From Salinivirgaceae bacterium (GTDB taxonomy: Bacteria; Bacteroidota; Bacteroidia; Bacteroidales; SZUA-534): a stretch of 64,000 bases of DNA. The translations under genes and the position numbers were made by a program. How positions within the stretch are numbered: position 1 is the stretch's first letter; each line of letters starts with the position of its first letter. The notes below the pieces were generated by a model. It was not told the DNA's origin. It saw only the letters and a list, made by a program, of their open reading frames with translations, and made no database searches. Location: the NCBI GenBank assembly GCA_017474765.1, contig JAFVGW010000060.1:1427-65426 (forward strand), given 5' to 3'. Shown piece after piece: positions 46,572-56,500 of the stretch.

Positions 46572-46769
46572 ACGTCAGAATTTCGCGGCCAAAGATATAA
46601 TATTAGTGAAAATCATCACAGATATGGATATACAGGCACCAACAAAATAAGCCAGTATCTATAACAATTGCCAATTCATCGTTTTTTTGAATTGAACTAC
46701 GGCATTTTTTCAAATATTGCGGCATAATGCGTTTGCATTGCGATTCGTAATTTAATCTAATTAGGAAAT

Positions 46770-48182
46770 ATGAAACACATCTTGACAATGGGGCTCGCAG
46801 CGTTGCTTGTACAAGGCGTCTCGGCCCAAAACCCGATTATCCGCGACCAGTTCTCGGCCGACCCGACGGCACGCGTCTTCAACGGAAAGGTTTATCTTTT
46901 CCCGTCGCACGACATCTCGCCGCTTTCGGCCTACGACTACCCGCGCAAAGACTGGTTCTGTATGAACGACTATCACGTCTTCTCGTCGGAAAACCTGACC
47001 GACTGGACCGACCACGGCGTGATTCTCGACCAAAAAAACGTGCCTTGGGGCAACCCGACGGCTTATAGTATGTGGGCGCCCGACTGCGTTCAGGGAAAGG
47101 ACGGCAAGTACTACTTCTACTACCCCAACGCATCGAAACAGGGCCGCGGATTCGGCATTGGCGTGGCTGTGGCCGACAAACCCGAAGGACCATACAAACC
47201 GTTTGAAAAGCCCATTGAAGGCGTCAACGGAATTGACCCGTGCGTGCTTCAGGCAAGCGACGGCAACAACTATCTGTTCTGGGGTGCTGGCAACTGCGCC
47301 AAGTTGAAAGACAATATGATAGAGTTGGCCGACGACAATCCGAAAGACACTGTGAAATGGGGACCGCGCTCATTTGTTATGACAGGCGTGAACTGCTTGA
47401 AAGGTCTGCCATCGCGCCAAGCGGAAGGCCCGTTCGCGTTTGAGTACAACGGCAACTACTATCTGACCTACCCGTACGTGGTGAAAGACCGCGAAGCACT
47501 CGGCTACGCAATGAGCAAGAACCCAATGGGCCCCTACGAGTACAAAGGCCTGATTATGGAAGAGCGCCCCGACTGCTGGACCAACCACCACTCAATCATC
47601 AACTTCAAGGGCCAATGGTACTTGTTCTATCACTACAACTACCTGTCGCCCAACTTCGACAAGAACCGTTCGGCCTGCATCGACAAACTGGAATTCAACC
47701 CCGACGGCACCATTAAGCCCGTTACAATGACGGTGCGCGGCGTGGGCATCACCAAGGCAACCGACAAGATTCAGATTGACCGCTACAGCAAAATCAGCGA
47801 CGGCGTGAAAGTGGATTTTGTGTATGCCAACGACCCCGACACCACCAAACGCTTCGAAGGCTGGGAAGCCATTTTCAGCAAGAAAGGCGACTGGGTTGAG
47901 TATGACGACGTTGATTTCGGGCAGAACGACAATCTTGCAAGTTTTGCCATAAAAGCCAAATTCAATACCGCAAAGAAAACCATCGTCCGCGTGCACGTCG
48001 ATAGCCAAACAGGTCCTGTTGTGGGCGAATTCTCGACTGTGAAATTCCCTGTCGGAATCGAGACAAGCGGCTCGTTAAAGATTACTGGCACAAAGACAAA
48101 GAATCCGAAAGGCGTTCACAATGTGTTTGTGGAACTGGTTGAAGGTGAGAATGTTGCTGTCGATTGGATTAGTTTCGAATAA
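46770..48182 (+). CDS. Glycoside hydrolase family 43 with C-terminal CBM6-like module
   Basis: It has a signal peptide, then the GH43 N-terminus NPIIRDQFSADPTARVFNGKVYLFPSHD. The C-terminal ~130 aa include GDWVEYDDVDFG, typical of CBM6. Confidence 0.85.
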   Translation: MKHILTMGLAALLVQGVSAQNPIIRDQFSADPTARVFNGKVYLFPSHDISPLSAYDYPRKDWFCMNDYHVFSSENLTDWTDHGVILDQKNVPWGNPTAYSMWAPDCVQGKDGKYYFYYPNASKQGRGFGIGVAVADKPEGPYKPFEKPIEGVNGIDPCVLQASDGNNYLFWGAGNCAKLKDNMIELADDNPKDTVKWGPRSFVMTGVNCLKGLPSRQAEGPFAFEYNGNYYLTYPYVVKDREALGYAMSKNPMGPYEYKGLIMEERPDCWTNHHSIINFKGQWYLFYHYNYLSPNFDKNRSACIDKLEFNPDGTIKPVTMTVRGVGITKATDKIQIDRYSKISDGVKVDFVYANDPDTTKRFEGWEAIFSKKGDWVEYDDVDFGQNDNLASFAIKAKFNTAKKTIVRVHVDSQTGPVVGEFSTVKFPVGIETSGSLKITGTKTKNPKGVHNVFVELVEGENVAVDWISFE

Positions 48183-48207
48183 TATCACCACATTTGTAAT
48201 AACCGTG

Positions 48208-48241
48208 AGGTGGGGTTGCTTGTGCAATTCCACCTTTTTTA
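48208..48241 (+). terminator. Intrinsic terminator of the GH43 gene
   Basis: AGGTGGGGTTGC-TTGT-GCAATTCCACCT is followed by T6. Confidence 0.75.
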
Positions 48242-48335
48242 TTGATTTTCAATCACAGATTAATCTCGTATTATCGATTATCTTTAACCGATTTCATCCG
48301 AATAAAACACAAAAAAAGTTGAGATGGTTGACTTA

Positions 48336-48385
48336 TTCTGTCTTTCAGTTAATCAATCCGTCAGTCCTTCAGTTCAGTCCTTCAA
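48336..48385 (-). repeat. Word-repeat spacer (sense on minus strand): TGAAGGACTGA block after the dtd stop
   Basis: The minus strand reads CTAATTGAAGGACTGAACTGAAGGACTGACGGATTGATTAACTGAAAGACAG. Confidence 0.85.
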
Positions 48386-48841
48386 TTAGAATTCTTTCTC
48401 CCGACTGTCGATGATGATGGTTACAGGTCCGTCGTTAATCAGTTCCACGTCCATCATTGCGCCAAAGCGGCCTGTTTGCGGTTGGATACCTGATGCTGCC
48501 GCGAGTTTCGCCACAAACTCCTCATAAAGCGGAATTGCTTGCTCGGGCCTTGCAGCACGGATGTACGACGGGCGGTTGCCGTGGCTCGTCTGCGCAAAGA
48601 GCGTAAACTGCGACACCACCAGAAGTTCGCCGCCAACATCCATAACCGAGCGGTTCATCACGCCGTTCTCATCGTCGAAGATGCGCAACTTTGAAATCTT
48701 TCCCGTCAGATAATCGACATCGGCGCTGGTATCGGCTGGCTCAATGCCAAGCAGAATCATCAGCCCCGCGCCAATCGAGCCCACAACCTCTCCGTCGATG
48801 GTCACACTCGAACGTTTAACTCTTTGAATGACTGTTCTCAT
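48386..48841 (-). CDS. dtd: D-aminoacyl-tRNA deacylase
   Basis: A 151-aa protein with [17 protein letters not shown]...[10 protein letters not shown]...SQFTL...GNRPS. Confidence 0.93.
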   Translation of the reverse strand: MRTVIQRVKRSSVTIDGEVVGSIGAGLMILLGIEPADTSADVDYLTGKISKLRIFDDENGVMNRSVMDVGGELLVVSQFTLFAQTSHGNRPSYIRAARPEQAIPLYEEFVAKLAAASGIQPQTGRFGAMMDVELINDGPVTIIIDSREKEF

Positions 48842-49057
48842 TTGTATTTTGTTTAATCGTTTAACTGGTTAATCGGTGAATCGAATTTGTTCGGACGCCA
48901 CAATGTGACGTCCCTACTTATGTCTTATGCCTTTGCGGACGCGATGAATCGCGTCCCTACAAACACCTAACACCTAACACCAAAATCTATTTGCCTTCAT
49001 CGGGCGCGGCACGCCACGTCCCTACTTGTCACTTTTACCTTGTAACTTGTCACTTCC
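48842..49057 (-). repeat. Composite spacer: AAGTGACAAG words, three GTAGGGACG-type hairpin units, GGTGTTAGGTG words, GATTCACC..ATTAAACAA pre-start block
   Basis: CGTCCCTAC lies at 48909-48917, 48952-48960 and 49017-49025 on the plus strand. An 8-bp hairpin GGACGCGA-TGAA-TCGCGTCC lies at 48937-48956. The minus-strand block CGATTCACCGATTAACCAGTTAAACGATTAAACAA ends 7 nt before the dtd ATG. Confidence 0.9.
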
Positions 49058-51034
49058 TCACTTGCAATATTTCCTCAACACCGCGTAGGCGTCCTCAATG
49101 CCCATCTCGCCAGCCTTGCTGATGTCGTAGCATCCTTTTTCTTTGTCTTTCAGATAGATGAGCGTTAGGCCGCGATTGTAGTAGGCTTGCGGCAGTTCAG
49201 GACCCGCCTCGAGTGAGCGTGTGTAGTCGTCGATGGCACCTGCAAAGTCGCGCGACATACATTTCACGTTGCCGCGGTCGTAGTAGGCGATGCCCAATTG
49301 CGGATTAAGTTCGATGGCAACATTCAGGTCTTCAATCACTTCCGAGTAATCGGTCTGCACCTCGCGCTTCACTTCGGTGCGGAGAGAGTTCGAATTGTCG
49401 CCGTTCAGACTGACCACGGGTGCAATGTCGTCGAGCGAGTTCATATATTCAATCATCAGAAAGCGCGTGGCGGCGCGGTTCAGGTAGGCCAGTTCAAACT
49501 TCGGGTCGATGCTGATGGCCGACGTGTACGACTTGATTGACTGGTTGTAGTTGTGCACCACGCTGTTGAGCATTCCCTGATGGAAATAGAGACTGCGGTC
49601 GAAAGTTGATTGCAGTTTGGCCTGTTCCGTCAGGTTGAGCAGGCTGCGGACGGTGTCCACCGAAAGGTCGGCCTGATGGTCGGCGAAGGCAAGCCCGAAA
49701 CCAGTGGGGCTTTTGCTGTTAAGTAGCTCAAGACTTGGCAGATAGACTGCTATCTGATGGTCGTCGTCGGGCATTTTGGCGGTGAGCAGAATAATTGGTT
49801 TCAGGTCGATGACCACGCGGCGGTTCTGCACCTCGCCGTCGTCCATATTGGCGCGGTAGAAGTCGCTGTCGAACTCAATCACCTTTCGGAAATTGTACGA
49901 TGTGTCGGCAAAATCAGCCATCAGCGAGTCGCCCGCCGTGCGCTGCATATACTCGTCAATCTTCTGCTTGGCCGTGCGCTCGTCGGCTTTGGCGCCCGCA
50001 TAGTCGCCAATCTGGTAGCGCGCCGAACTGCGTGCCTGGTACGCTTTCGCGAAATCGGGGAAAATCTCGATGGCCTGACTCCAATCGCCGATGGCACCCT
50101 TGTAGTCGCCCGCCTCAAACTTCACAACGCCTCGGTTGAATAATGGCAGAATATTGTGCGGATTCAACTCAATGACCTTCGAGTAGTCGGCCACAGCCTC
50201 AGCCGTCTTGCCAATCTCAGTGTTCAGAATGGCGCGGTTGTAGTAGGTAAGCGCATTGTCGGGGTTCAGTTCCAGAACCTTGTTGTAATCGTCCATCGCT
50301 CCATTCAAATTATTTGATTTATAACGGATTATGGCGCGATTGAAGTAATATTCAGTGGCTTGCGGGTCGAGTTCGATGGCGTGGTCCATATCGGCGATGG
50401 CCAGACTGTAATCGCCCTTCTCGCAGTAGGCCATGGCCCGCTGCGCGTATCCGCCAGGTTTATATGAGTTCAGTTTGATGCCTTGGGTAAAATCCTCAAT
50501 GGCGCCATCGTAATCTTCGAGGCTCATTTTGGCATAACCACGGTCGAAATAGGCTGGCACAAACTCCTTGTCAATTATCAGAGCGCGGTCGAAATCGGCA
50601 ATAGCCAGTTCGTAATTCTTCATCAGAATGTAAGTGTAGCCACGGCTTGAGTATAAATTGATGTTTGTGGGGTCTATTTCAATCACTTTTGCGAAATCCT
50701 CCAACGCGTCCTGATAGTCCTGCTGCAGCGACTTGATGACACCGCGCAGACGGTAGCCGTCGGCAAAGTACGGATTCAGTTCAACAACGCGCTGAAAATC
50801 GGCGTAAGCCCCCTGATAATCGTCGAGGCGGAACTTGCAGAATCCGCGGAAATAGTAGGGTTCAAGCATGTCGGGCTTCACCTGGATGACGGTGTTGAAG
50901 GCATTGATGGCGCTTTTGAAGTTCCCTTTGTTCAGGTCGTCGTAACCCTGACGCAGAAAGTGATGTGTGTCAATCTGCGCCATCATCGGCAGCGACAGCA
51001 GAAGAAATAATATTGTCAGGATGGTGCGGTTCAT
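49058..51034 (-). CDS. Tetratricopeptide-repeat protein (secreted)
   Basis: A 658-aa protein with a signal peptide and more than 12 TPR units (A..Y..A...F..A). Confidence 0.85.
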   Translation of the reverse strand: MNRTILTILFLLLSLPMMAQIDTHHFLRQGYDDLNKGNFKSAINAFNTVIQVKPDMLEPYYFRGFCKFRLDDYQGAYADFQRVVELNPYFADGYRLRGVIKSLQQDYQDALEDFAKVIEIDPTNINLYSSRGYTYILMKNYELAIADFDRALIIDKEFVPAYFDRGYAKMSLEDYDGAIEDFTQGIKLNSYKPGGYAQRAMAYCEKGDYSLAIADMDHAIELDPQATEYYFNRAIIRYKSNNLNGAMDDYNKVLELNPDNALTYYNRAILNTEIGKTAEAVADYSKVIELNPHNILPLFNRGVVKFEAGDYKGAIGDWSQAIEIFPDFAKAYQARSSARYQIGDYAGAKADERTAKQKIDEYMQRTAGDSLMADFADTSYNFRKVIEFDSDFYRANMDDGEVQNRRVVIDLKPIILLTAKMPDDDHQIAVYLPSLELLNSKSPTGFGLAFADHQADLSVDTVRSLLNLTEQAKLQSTFDRSLYFHQGMLNSVVHNYNQSIKSYTSAISIDPKFELAYLNRAATRFLMIEYMNSLDDIAPVVSLNGDNSNSLRTEVKREVQTDYSEVIEDLNVAIELNPQLGIAYYDRGNVKCMSRDFAGAIDDYTRSLEAGPELPQAYYNRGLTLIYLKDKEKGCYDISKAGEMGIEDAYAVLRKYCK

Positions 51035-51439
51035 TTAATATTCTACTCCTATGAGTTTATCTAAATAAATGCGGCTTTTTTGGGGGTTATCTTCAAGGTA
51101 TTTAATTTCATATTTCATACCAGCATATATACCTCCTAAATAGACAAATGTGCCATTAAAATCACGAAAAATACCACTAATACTAAAAGTTTCCACACGT
51201 TTATAAACCTCGCCGTTTACTTCATATTCATAACGGACAGTCATTTCTTTTCCACCATAGCGTCGTTTTGAAAATTTTACATCAGTAACCATACATTCTC
51301 CATTTATACCATTGACTTCAATTTGTCGAGTTTCCTCGCGATAGAAGTTCCCACATAGAATAGAAAACGTAAACACCAAGGCGCAAACAGAAAGGAAACA
51401 AATAAAATACAATATTTTTTGCTTTTTTGTTGGTTTCAT
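51035..51439 (-). CDS. DUF3592-like small membrane protein
   Basis: A 134-aa AT-rich gene with one N-terminal transmembrane helix and a beta-rich body (ECMVTDVKFSKRRYGGKEMTVRYEYEVNGEVYK). Its stop abuts the ATG of the TPR gene. Confidence 0.65.
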   Translation of the reverse strand: MKPTKKQKILYFICFLSVCALVFTFSILCGNFYREETRQIEVNGINGECMVTDVKFSKRRYGGKEMTVRYEYEVNGEVYKRVETFSISGIFRDFNGTFVYLGGIYAGMKYEIKYLEDNPQKSRIYLDKLIGVEY

Positions 51440-51488
51440 ATACTTGTGTTTAGTTACCTATCAATATCGTCATACACTCAATTCCTAA

Positions 51489-52829
51489 CTAAACAATTCC
51501 AATCGACCCCAGCAGAATCATCAGAATGGCTGCAGGCGCCACGTATTTCACAATGAACATAAAAATGCGGAACATTCCCATTGGGTAGCGGCCGCCGCTC
51601 GACAGTTCGGAATAGACACTCATCGTCTTCATCTTCCAGCCCACAAACAGGCAGATGAAAATGCCGCCCACGGGCAGAACAATGTTCGAACTCAAGGCGT
51701 CGAAGGCGTCGAAGAAGGTGCGACCGAAAATGGTGAAGTCGCGCATCGGGCCGAACGAGAGCGTGCAGAGAACGCCCAACGCGGCTATCACGCCAGTGGA
51801 CAATGCCGTTGCCGAAAGACGTTTAAATTTCAGTTCTTCAGTTAGATAAGCTACACAAACCTCGAGCAGCGAAATGGCCGATGTGAGTGCGGCAAAGGTG
51901 AGCAACACAAAAAAGACGATGCCCCAGACGTAGCCCAGCGGCATTGCGTCGAACACTTGCGGAAGCGTGATATAGACAAGGTTCGGGCCCGCTGACGGGT
52001 CAACACCGAAGGCAAACACGGCAGGCAGAATGGCCATTCCCGCAAGAATTGAGACAAACGTGTCGGCCACAACCACGCGCACCGAAATGCCAGTAAGATT
52101 CTCATTCCGTGATATATACGAAGCGTACGTCATCAGTGCGCCCATTCCGAGCGAGAGCGAGAAGAACGACTGCCCGAGCGCGTTTAGCACGCTGTTGAAG
52201 GTGAGTTTGCTGAAATCGGGCACGAACAGGAATTTCAATCCTTCGGCGGCGCCGTCGAGCGTGCAGGCGCGGATGTCGAGAAGCAGAATCAGCACAAACA
52301 GAGCGGGCATCATCGTCTTCACGCACCTCTCAATGCCGTTTTTCACACCCGACATAATGATTATTCCGCACAGCACCATAAAGCCCACCTGCCAGAGCAG
52401 CGGTTTGTATGAGTTGCTCACAAAATCGCTGAAAAGCAGCCCGATATCTTCCGACGAGCGGCCGTGGAACGTGTCGCCAATGGCGTAGGCCACATACTCG
52501 AGCGTCCAGCCAGCCACCGTGCCGTAGTACGACAGAATGATGGCCGCGGCAAAAATCGACAGACCGCCAAACCAGAACCAGCGGGTGCCAGGCGCCAGCG
52601 TCTTGAACGACCCGAACGGGTTGCGTTGTCCGCGACGTCCAATCACAAATTCCGACAGCATTACCGGTATGCCGATGACAAAGACGAAAAACAGATAGAC
52701 CAGCATAAAGGCGCCGCCGCCGTTGCTGCCAGCCTCGTAGGGAAATTTCCAGATGTTGCCCAGCCCCACTGCCGAACCTGCCAGCGCCATTATCGCACCA
52801 AACCGCGAACCGAATCCTTCTCGAGCCAT
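51489..52829 (-). CDS. Sodium-dependent transporter, neurotransmitter:sodium symporter (SNF) family
   Basis: It has the GLGNIWKFPY motif and about 11-12 transmembrane segments. Confidence 0.92.
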   Translation of the reverse strand: MAREGFGSRFGAIMALAGSAVGLGNIWKFPYEAGSNGGGAFMLVYLFFVFVIGIPVMLSEFVIGRRGQRNPFGSFKTLAPGTRWFWFGGLSIFAAAIILSYYGTVAGWTLEYVAYAIGDTFHGRSSEDIGLLFSDFVSNSYKPLLWQVGFMVLCGIIIMSGVKNGIERCVKTMMPALFVLILLLDIRACTLDGAAEGLKFLFVPDFSKLTFNSVLNALGQSFFSLSLGMGALMTYASYISRNENLTGISVRVVVADTFVSILAGMAILPAVFAFGVDPSAGPNLVYITLPQVFDAMPLGYVWGIVFFVLLTFAALTSAISLLEVCVAYLTEELKFKRLSATALSTGVIAALGVLCTLSFGPMRDFTIFGRTFFDAFDALSSNIVLPVGGIFICLFVGWKMKTMSVYSELSSGGRYPMGMFRIFMFIVKYVAPAAILMILLGSIGIV

Positions 52830-52838
52830 TTTATGAAT

Positions 52839-53324
52839 TTAAAAGTTCACCGTGCGAGGCGCGCCAGAGAAGGTGTTGAAGGTTGCCACTCCCTCCTCGA
52901 TATACATCACGGCAGTGTTGCTGTCGCCCACTTTGTACATTCCTTTCAGGTCGGGATTCTGGTCGAGAACAGCCTCCTGCGCTTCGGTGGTGTCATCAGT
53001 AACGAGTCGGCCGCTTACGCGAATCCATTCGCCCTTTGAAGCGTTCCAGCCGCAAAGTTCGAACTTGCCGTTGGCCGCAATCTGCTTGTAAACGTTTTTC
53101 GATTTGGCGGTAATCAAGTAGAGTTTGTCGTTGTAAACCGCCAATGCCCCAAACGGGCGCACACGAGGCTGGTCGCCGTCGGTGGTGGCTAAAAAGAATG
53201 CACCGCAATCTTTCAGCACTTTCTGAATTTCGTTAGCCGTTGTTGTTTCCATTGTTTGTGCTTTAACTGCTTGTGCGCCAAGCAAAATAATGGCGGCAAG
53301 CATGATTTTTGATAATGTTTTCAC
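52839..53324 (-). CDS. Pyridoxamine 5'-phosphate oxidase-like FMN-binding family protein
   Basis: FFLATTDGDQPRVRPFG...KLYLITAKSKNVYKQI is typical of the split-barrel family. The N-terminal 23 aa look like a signal peptide. An alternative start is Met25. Confidence 0.75.
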   Translation of the reverse strand: MKTLSKIMLAAIILLGAQAVKAQTMETTTANEIQKVLKDCGAFFLATTDGDQPRVRPFGALAVYNDKLYLITAKSKNVYKQIAANGKFELCGWNASKGEWIRVSGRLVTDDTTEAQEAVLDQNPDLKGMYKVGDSNTAVMYIEEGVATFNTFSGAPRTVNF

Positions 53325-53544
53325 TTTGTAGGTAGTTTAAAGTTTGAAAAATTTTTTGTTTCATTTGGGGTGTAAAAATAATAAAAGTTGCAAAGAATTG
53401 ATTATTGGCTAAGTGCACGTTTCCGAAACTTACGTATCTTTCGGGACTAAAAGACATTCAATTAGTTTAAAACGATTGCCGTTAGATACTTTGTAAAGAA
53501 AAGACAATCAATAAATTATCCAAAAACAATTAAATCTTATTATA

Positions 53545-56500
53545 ATGAAACGCATTTTCACACTATTGTTTGCCGCGATGCTTGCTGGGCAGGCTTGGGC
53601 ACAGACTACTTTCACCGTCAACAATCTGGAATACACCATTATCGAAGGCACAACCAATGTCACGATTGGCACTACTGGCGAAGAACTACCAGCAGACCTT
53701 GTTATTCTGTCGGAAGTAACGAATGGAGGCATAACCTATACGGTTACTGGTTTTAGTGAATTTGCATTTCAGAATTGTAACTATCTGAAAACAGTTGCAA
53801 TTCCCAATACATTTACAAGCATTGGTGAATTTGCATTTCAAAAATGCCACAGCCTCGAATCAGTTGACATTCCTAATAGTGTTACCATCATTGGAGAAAG
53901 AGCGTTTGAACAGTGTGAAAAGCTTGCATCAGTCACGCTCCCCGACCATTTAACTGAAATATGTAATCTCGCATTCGACAATTGTACAGGGCTGACAAAC
54001 TTAATAATACCCATTTCAGTCACAACCATTTCCAGCAACGCTTTTTATCGCTGTAGTAACATCAGCTTTTATTGCGAGGTGGAGGAAGAATCAGAACCTG
54101 CAGGCTGGGGAAACAACTGGGACAAAGGTAGGCCTATTGTTTGGGGCTACAACGCCAATCCACAAACGTGGACTGTAACCCTTTCATCCAACAATAACGC
54201 ATACGGCACCGTATCGGGCGGCGGCACTGTAGCCAATGGCTCAACAACAACCATTACTGCAACCCCCGCCGAAGGCTACGTTTTTTTGATGTGGAGCAAC
54301 GAACTGACAACCGCAACTGCGACCATAACAGTTACTTCTGACACAACAATTGTGGCAGAATTTGCAGAAAACAAACCCTTAGTTGCAAGCGAATTGCATT
54401 ACGAAATCACAAGCGACAGTACAGTTAAAGTGGTATTTTCAAATGACTATTGGTATTTCACATCTATTGTAATACCAAACACGACCATTATTGACGGCAA
54501 GGTTTATTCGGTTACTAGCATCCGTGATTATGCTTTCCAGAATTGTAGAAATCTAATATCAGTTGCCATTCCAAATACGGTTACGTACATTGGTGAAAAT
54601 GCATTCTATGGTTGTGACAAACTGACAGATATAAATGTTGAAAGCGGAAACACAAAATACTCATCGGAAGATGCTATTCTGTTTAACTGCGATAAAACAA
54701 CATTAGTGCGTTATCCGTATAATAAAGTCGGTGCATACACCGTTCCTGAATCAGTTACAACCATTGGGGATCTGGCGTTTTACCTATGCGAACAATTGAC
54801 TTCAGTTGTCATTCCTAATTCTGTTGAGCGCATTGAATATGGCGCATTTGAAGGATGTTCAAATCTTGCATCAATATCCATTCCCGAAAGTGTAACGACA
54901 TTGGGGAGCTGTGTATTTCAAACGTGTATAAGTCTGACATCGATAACTATTCCAAATTCTATTACTGAAATTCCATTCTACGGATTCAGAAGTTGTGAAA
55001 ACTTAACCACAATCAGCCTGCCTAACACAATTACAGATGTTGACAATACTGCTTTTGAAGGTTGTGATAAGTTAAAATACAACGAGTATGATAATGGTTT
55101 GTATTTGGGAAACACAGAGAATCCGTATCTTGTACTGATTAAAGCAAAATCAACCAACATTACCTCCTGCGAGATAACCGACAAATGCAAAGTAATTGCT
55201 ACCGGGGCATTCTCTGGTTGCAGCGAACTGACATCAATCACTGTGCCCAATTCAGTTCAAAATATCGGCTGCGGAGCCTTTTCTGGTTGCTCCTCTCTGC
55301 AATCAATGACGTTACCATTTGTGGGCGACCGAAGACACTCCTACACCGATTCCCACCAATATCCTTTCGGTTATATTTTCGGTTACGAAAGTTATGAAGG
55401 TGGTGTCGCAACTTCGCAATGGTACAGATATTACGATAACACCAGTTCTATGGGTAGCACATATTATATACCATCATCATTGAAATCGGTAACTTTAACA
55501 GACTGTGACTATATTCAATATGGAGCCTTTGACGATTGCAGTAATCTGACTTCGATAACCATTCCAACATCTGTAACGCATATAGACGGTAGCGCTTTCA
55601 ATAGTTGTAGCGACAGTCTGACTATTTATTGTGACTTGAAATCGGCACCAAGAGGCTGGGAGCTGTATTCCTACAACATTGTATGGGGCACAGTAGATGT
55701 TGTCGATTCCAACAACGTGGATGCGGCTGGTTTTGCATATAAAATCATCGATGGAACAAGTGCGGAAATTATCGACTATACAGGTTCTGATACTGTAATC
55801 GCAATTCCAAGCACATTTACTAAAAATGGTGTTGAATACACCGTTATTCGCATCGGCGACAATGCTTTCAATTCATACAAGGATATGAAATCTCTAACCA
55901 TACCAAACACAGTCACAAGCATTGGTAATAAAGCATTCTCTAAATGTCATGGCCTTACTTCGGTAGAAATTCCAAATTCTGTAACAACCATCGGCAGCGG
56001 AGCATTTGAGTATTGTTACAACCTGGCTTCGGCCATAATTCCCAATTCTGTAACAAGCATCGGCAACTCTGCGTTCTATAATTGTTACAACCTGACTTCG
56101 GTAGAAATTCCTAATTCGCTTACCAGCATCAGTAATCAAATGTTCTCATATTGCAGCAGGTTATCTTCGATAACCATTCCGAATTCTGTGACAAGCATTG
56201 GTAAAAATGCGTTCTCCTGCTGCAACAACTTAACTACAATTAACATTCCCAATTCAGTCACATGCATTGGTGAGTCGGCGTTCTACGGAAGCGGTTTGAC
56301 AAATATTTCTATTCCTAATTCAGTCACATACATTGACTGGAGAGCATTTAGTGATTGTAATGATCTAACTTTTATTACTATACCAAAATCCGTTGAAAAG
56401 ATGAATTGGAATATTTTCGTTGATTGCCCAAACGTAACAATTTATTGCGAAGCGGAATCTAAACCAGAAGGTTGGGTTGAAGGTTGGAATTCTGACAATT

